Assembly (NCBI GenBank): GCA_036170245.1
Contig: JAVHOV010000035.1
Coordinates: forward strand, 1 to 30,230
Source: an archaeon
GTDB lineage: Archaea; Iainarchaeota; Iainarchaeia; Iainarchaeales; JAAZKV01
DNA: 30,230 nucleotides
Direction: 5' to 3'
Part shown: positions 25,875-30,230 of the stretch, piece after piece
Position numbering within the stretch: position 1 is the stretch's first letter
Layout: each line of letters opens with the position of its first letter
Notes under the pieces: generated by a model
The model's database searches: none
What the model was told of the DNA's origin: nothing
Seen by the model: only the letters and a program-made list of their open reading frames with translations
Made by a program: the position numbers and the translations under genes

Positions 25875-28676
25875 TTACTTTCTCAAAACCGGCTTAAGAA
25901 AGTGGCCAGTAAAACTGTTTTTGTTAAGTATAATCTCTTCAGGAGTACCTTGTGCAATTATTTTTCCTCCACCCTCTCCGCCTTCTGGGCCTAAATCAAT
26001 AATGTGATCAGCGCACTTAATTACTTCCAAATTGTGTTCAATTACTACAATTGTGTTTCCTTTATCCACTAATACTTGCAAAACATCAAGCAACTTTTTA
26101 ATATCATGGAAGTGCAAACCAGTTGTAGGTTCGTCCAACAAATAAAGAGTATTGCCTGTTCCTCTTTTTGCTAGTTCCTTTGTTAATTTAATTCTCTGAG
26201 CTTCTCCTCCAGAAAGAGTTGTTGCACTCTGGCCTAATTTTATGTACCCTAAGCCAACTGAATTTAACACAGCAAGTTTCTGTCTAACGTTTGGAATTGA
26301 TTCAAATAATTTAGTTGCTTCTTCCACACTCATGTTGAGTACTTCCGAAATGTTTTTGCCGTTGAACGTAACCATCAAAGTTTCTTCATTATATCTTTTC
26401 CCTTTACACTCTTCGCACTCAACATAAACATCAGGCAAAAAGTTCATTTCAATTTTTATTGTACCGTCCCCACTACACTTCTCGCACCTTCCACCAGGCA
26501 AGTTAAAAGAAAATCTACCCTGATCATACCCACGCATTTTTGCTTCCCTAGTTTGAGCAAACAGTGCTCTAATTTCATCAAACACTTTAATGTAAGTTGC
26601 AGGATTTGACCGTGGAGTTCTTCCAATAGGTGATTGATCAATTACAACAACTTTGTCAATCTTTCCATTCATTATTATTTCATCAAATTTACCAGGAGTA
26701 ATATTTGCAGTAGAAAGTTCTAATTTTTTTATCAATCCCTTGTTTATTATTTCATCCATTAAAGTTGATTTACCTGAACCGCTCACTCCAGTTAAGCAAG
26801 TGAATACTCCAAGAGGAATCTCGACATTAATGTTCTTCAAATTGTTTTCCTTACAGCCCTTAAAAATAATACTATCCTTCCACTTTCTTCGAACAGTAGG
26901 AGTAGGAATGCTTAATTTTCCTGATAAATATTGTCCTGTAATTGAGTTAGGATTCTTTTCAATCTCTTCAGGAGTTCCTTGTGCAATTACTTCCCCGCCA
27001 TGAACTCCTGCACCTGGACCCATATCAACTACAAAATCAGCTTTTCGAATAGTATCCTCATCGTGTTCAACAACAATTAGAGTATTTCCAATATCCCTTA
27101 ATTTTTGCAAGGTTTCAATTAATTTATTATTATCCCTCTGATGAAGTCCAATTGATGGTTCATCCAAAATGTAAAGCACACCCATTAAGTTAGAACCGAT
27201 TTGAGTAGCAAGTCTGATTCTTTGAGCTTCTCCACCTGAAAGAGTTCCTGCTTGACGAGAAAGAGAAAGGTAACCCAAACCCACATCATTTAAAAATCTC
27301 AATCTTGAAATAATTTCTTTCAAAATCAATTTTGCAATTTCTTTTTCCTTATCAGTCAAATCAATATTATTGAAATATTCCAATGCAACAGTAATCGACA
27401 TTTCTGTAATATCAACAATTGATTTATTTGTAACTTTCACAGCCAAAATTTTATCCTTCAATCTCTTTCCCTTACAAATTGGACAAGTACTTGACTTCAT
27501 GTACTTTTGCAGTTCTTCCCTTCTGTATTCACTCTCAGTCTGCTTGTACAATCTGTCTGACTGACCCACAAGACCTTCCCAACCTTCACTATACTTCATG
27601 CTTGCTCCGCTGTCCCACTTTGCATCAATCGGAGTAGGGTCCCCGTACATCAAAATCTTATACTGTTTAAGTGATAATTTTTCAATAGGAGTGAATAAAT
27701 CAAATCCATGCATTTTTCCTACCGCCTGCAACTGCTGGCTTCTCCAAGACAAATCCATTCTTCCATAAATATCAATCGCACCGTCAATAATACTCTTTGA
27801 TTTATTGGGGATAATTAAATCAGGATCAAATTCAATTTTTACTCCTAACCCCTTACACTCCTCGCATGCACCAAAAGGAGAATTAAATGAAAACATTCTC
27901 GGCTGAAGTTCTTCAAAAGAAATTCCGCAAATCGGACAAGTTAGAGCGCTAGAAAACAAATGCTCTTTATCCTTTGAATCAAGAACAATTACTAAACCAT
28001 TTCCTTTCTTTAAAGCACTTTCAATTGACTCAGTGGTTCTTGCTTTTTCTTTAGCATTCACTCTATCAATTACAACTTCAATATCATGCATCTGGTACTT
28101 TGACAAAGTTATTTTCTCATCAGTCCTAACTATTTTTTTATCCACTCTAGCTTTTGTAAAACCTTCTTTGTTCAAATCAATTAACAATTGTTCATACGTT
28201 CCTTTCTTCTGTCTGATGATTGGAGCAAGAATAGTTACTTCCCCCTTGAACTGACTCTGAATTCTTTTTGCAATCTTTTCAGGAGACTGGGACTCAATTT
28301 TCACTCCGTGAGTCGGGCAATAAGGAGTACCCACTCTTGCAAAAAGAAGTCTTAAGTAATCATAAATTTCAGTAACAGTTCCAACGGTAGATCTTGGATT
28401 ATTTGAAGTGGATTTCTGCTCAATAGAAATTGCAGGAGAAAGTCCTTCAATAGAATCAACATCAGGCTTATTCATTAACCCAATGAATTGTCTCGCATAA
28501 GCACTCAAAGATTCAACATACCTTCTCTGGCCTTCAGCATAAATAGTATCAAATGCTAAAGTAGATTTACCTGAGCCTGATAAGCCGGTTATTACAGTAA
28601 ATTTGTCTCGCGGAATTGAAATAGAAACATTCTTCAAATTGTGCTCTCTTGCACCCCTAACTATTAAATCCTTCAT
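25875..28676 (-). CDS. uvrA: Excinuclease ABC subunit A
   Basis: GAREHNLKN, GLSGSGKSTLAFDTIYAEGQRRYVESLS, two LSGGEAQR signatures, CxxC zinc modules; ATG at 28676 preferred. Confidence 0.97.
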   Translation of the reverse strand: MKDLIVRGAREHNLKNVSISIPRDKFTVITGLSGSGKSTLAFDTIYAEGQRRYVESLSAYARQFIGLMNKPDVDSIEGLSPAISIEQKSTSNNPRSTVGTVTEIYDYLRLLFARVGTPYCPTHGVKIESQSPEKIAKRIQSQFKGEVTILAPIIRQKKGTYEQLLIDLNKEGFTKARVDKKIVRTDEKITLSKYQMHDIEVVIDRVNAKEKARTTESIESALKKGNGLVIVLDSKDKEHLFSSALTCPICGISFEELQPRMFSFNSPFGACEECKGLGVKIEFDPDLIIPNKSKSIIDGAIDIYGRMDLSWRSQQLQAVGKMHGFDLFTPIEKLSLKQYKILMYGDPTPIDAKWDSGASMKYSEGWEGLVGQSDRLYKQTESEYRREELQKYMKSSTCPICKGKRLKDKILAVKVTNKSIVDITEMSITVALEYFNNIDLTDKEKEIAKLILKEIISRLRFLNDVGLGYLSLSRQAGTLSGGEAQRIRLATQIGSNLMGVLYILDEPSIGLHQRDNNKLIETLQKLRDIGNTLIVVEHDEDTIRKADFVVDMGPGAGVHGGEVIAQGTPEEIEKNPNSITGQYLSGKLSIPTPTVRRKWKDSIIFKGCKENNLKNINVEIPLGVFTCLTGVSGSGKSTLMDEIINKGLIKKLELSTANITPGKFDEIIMNGKIDKVVVIDQSPIGRTPRSNPATYIKVFDEIRALFAQTREAKMRGYDQGRFSFNLPGGRCEKCSGDGTIKIEMNFLPDVYVECEECKGKRYNEETLMVTFNGKNISEVLNMSVEEATKLFESIPNVRQKLAVLNSVGLGYIKLGQSATTLSGGEAQRIKLTKELAKRGTGNTLYLLDEPTTGLHFHDIKKLLDVLQVLVDKGNTIVVIEHNLEVIKCADHIIDLGPEGGEGGGKIIAQGTPEEIILNKNSFTGHFLKPVLRK

Positions 28677-28777
28677 AAGAGTTAATTGCAACCAATCCTT
28701 AATAAATTCTTCTCCCCCCTTTTGCCGAAGTAGAAATAGTGGGAACCAATAAATACATCATGAAGCATTACTCTATT

Positions 28778-29374
28778 ATGATACGAAAAGTAGTAGGAGC
28801 TTTAGGCAGAACACAGGCAAAAGTAACTAACAAACTAATCGACAAACTTAATGTTAGAAGAGAAAGAAAAAAAAGAGCATTATTAGTTCACGCAGAAGCT
28901 GCACCCCCAAGTTCAATTGCAAATATGCTTTCAAGAGGATTTGCAATTAACCCAAACCAAAGCGGAAACTGCTCAGCATATGCTACACGAGTAACAGAAA
29001 AGTTCTTTGGGAGAAAATACGAATACGCTCCTGCTTGGAAACTTGCAAGCAAGAATAAATTAGTTGTAGAAAGTCACTTTGATCCACAAACCCAAAGAGG
29101 AGAAATAGGGCCAAGTCAATTACGATCACTGATAAAACGAGGAATACTAAAACCAGGGATGATGCTCGGATTATACTACCCTGAAAGCAAACACAATAAG
29201 ATACAAAGAAAAGTGACCCACATAATGATTTACACTGGGGATGAAACATTCTGGCACAATTACGGCGGAATCAATTCAATAAAATTACTACAAATTTATT
29301 TTGAAAAAGAAGAAGGGAAAAGGGCACTTTACCCAGTTCAAGTAATTGATGCAAAAGAGACTCTTGCTAAATAA
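28778..29374 (+). CDS. NlpC/P60 (papain-like Cys-His-His) family-like protein
   Basis: GNCSAYA ... LKPGMML ... VTHIMIYTGDETFWHN resembles DCSG...PGD...HVGIY.G...FIHA; start uncertain (28739, 28760 or 28778). Confidence 0.62.
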   Translation: MIRKVVGALGRTQAKVTNKLIDKLNVRRERKKRALLVHAEAAPPSSIANMLSRGFAINPNQSGNCSAYATRVTEKFFGRKYEYAPAWKLASKNKLVVESHFDPQTQRGEIGPSQLRSLIKRGILKPGMMLGLYYPESKHNKIQRKVTHIMIYTGDETFWHNYGGINSIKLLQIYFEKEEGKRALYPVQVIDAKETLAK

Positions 29375-29569
29375 TTACTCTTCAAGTTTTGGTTTCTTCA
29401 CCCCATCAGTTTTGGGACAAGTTCTGCACATAGAGTTCATTAAATCCGGAACACTAGGGCAATCAGGGAATAATCCCACACATTTAGGGAATTCTCCCGC
29501 TGCAACAAGTTCAGTCTCATTACCTGACTTAAATTTTTGCTTTGAATAATAGTTAAGACTTTCACCCAA
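29375..29569 (-). CDS. Small four-cysteine (putative metal-binding) protein
   Basis: 64 aa, C-x6-C-x10-CxxC; TTG start preceded by SD-like GGTGGT. Confidence 0.6.
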   Translation of the reverse strand: MGESLNYYSKQKFKSGNETELVAAGEFPKCVGLFPDCPSVPDLMNSMCRTCPKTDGVKKPKLEE

Positions 29570-29664
29570 TTATACCACCACTTAATTACAAATGAAAACA
29601 ATTAAAACCCCCCTTTTTTTCTAAAAGAAAACCCTTAAAACCATGCAAGAACAAAATAATTAGT

Positions 29665-29913
29665 ATGGCAGGACCAATGCGAAAACAGCGAAAGCCCCCT
29701 AGGTGCAAACTAAGCGGGACTAGATTCAAAACCAATGCAGAAGTAAAAAGCATGGACCGTTCCTTTGTTTCAAACATAGTTCCTTCAGTAGGAACAAGAA
29801 AACAGCCGTTATTACTTGCAGCAAAATTAAATTTGAAGGAAGATTCTTCAACCAAAAAAATGGATAAAAGAATATTTGCCCGCGACATTGAAGAAGAAGA
29901 CGATTCACTTTGA
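29665..29913 (+). CDS. Hypothetical small basic protein
   Basis: 82-aa ORF with basic N-terminus and acidic tail; fills the gap between neighbours. Confidence 0.5.
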   Translation: MAGPMRKQRKPPRCKLSGTRFKTNAEVKSMDRSFVSNIVPSVGTRKQPLLLAAKLNLKEDSSTKKMDKRIFARDIEEEDDSL

Positions 29914-30230
29914 AGTAATCAATACAAAATTATTGTTCAAATACTTATTTGCAAAATCCTTAACGTCTTTGTCAGTAATTTTCTTTATATCCTCAAAGTA
30001 TCCTTCAAAAGGAGTCCTTTTTTTGTACAGTTCAGTATTTGAAATTACTCTTGCAACTTCCAAATAATCTTCCATCTCCAAAATGTTTTCTGCTAGAACA
30101 CTCTTCTTTGCCTGCTCTACTTCAAGAGGAGAAACACTTTTTATTTGCTCTACTTTTTCTTTAACAATACTTTCCACTTTTGGCATATTTTCTTTAGAAG
30201 TTTTAACAGAAACTATGAAAACTCCTTTTC
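29905..30230 (-). CDS. C-terminal part of an M16 (insulinase-like) peptidase, truncated by the window edge
   Basis: Frame open to the window end (..KGVFIVSVKTSKENMPKV..); EVEQAKKSVL and IKKITDKDVKDFANKYL are typical of the M16 C-domain. Confidence 0.72.
   Translation of the reverse strand, partial: KGVFIVSVKTSKENMPKVESIVKEKVEQIKSVSPLEVEQAKKSVLAENILEMEDYLEVARVISNTELYKKRTPFEGYFEDIKKITDKDVKDFANKYLNNNFVLITSK

Noticed and set aside
658..30067. Numerous 60-144 aa antisense or out-of-frame ORFs in the track (e.g. 5652-6050, 19499-19933, 26653-27003, 29586-29888)
   Set aside because: They are shadows of well-supported genes on the opposite strand or frame and have no recognisable motifs
1..30230. 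CRISPR array, rRNA, transposase or integrase
   Set aside because: No regularly spaced repeats, no long GC-rich structural RNA and no recombinase motifs seen

Overview
AT-rich archaeal chromosomal segment. Archaeal-type ValS, HemK2/aPrmC, a DRG-like GTPase, a class III signal-peptide protein and TATA-type promoters support this; a small-genome DPANN-like lineage is my inference. Housekeeping and repair genes: valS, acylphosphatase, TatD, a PLD-family nuclease, an ABC-2 exporter, bacterial-type metK, a radical SAM/HhH protein, uvrA-uvrC-(pilin-like)-uvrB, and an intronless tRNA-Trp(CCA). These are interspersed with very basic ORFans. Most notable observations: (1) a short double-hairpin repeat present in three copies, one inserted in-frame in uvrC with a possible relaxed bulge-helix-bulge intron geometry; (2) a 528-aa LAGLIDADG/HTH intein in the Walker A motif of UvrB; (3) tRNA-Trp flanked on both sides by partial and inverted copies of itself; (4) an unannotated ribbon-helix-helix gene divergent from metK, plus a G-U-rich hairpin in the metK leader; (5) a hicBA module bounded by an exact 18-bp direct repeat; (6) an NlpC/P60-like Cys-His-His protein. 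All family calls come from motif recognition by eye; no searches were run.
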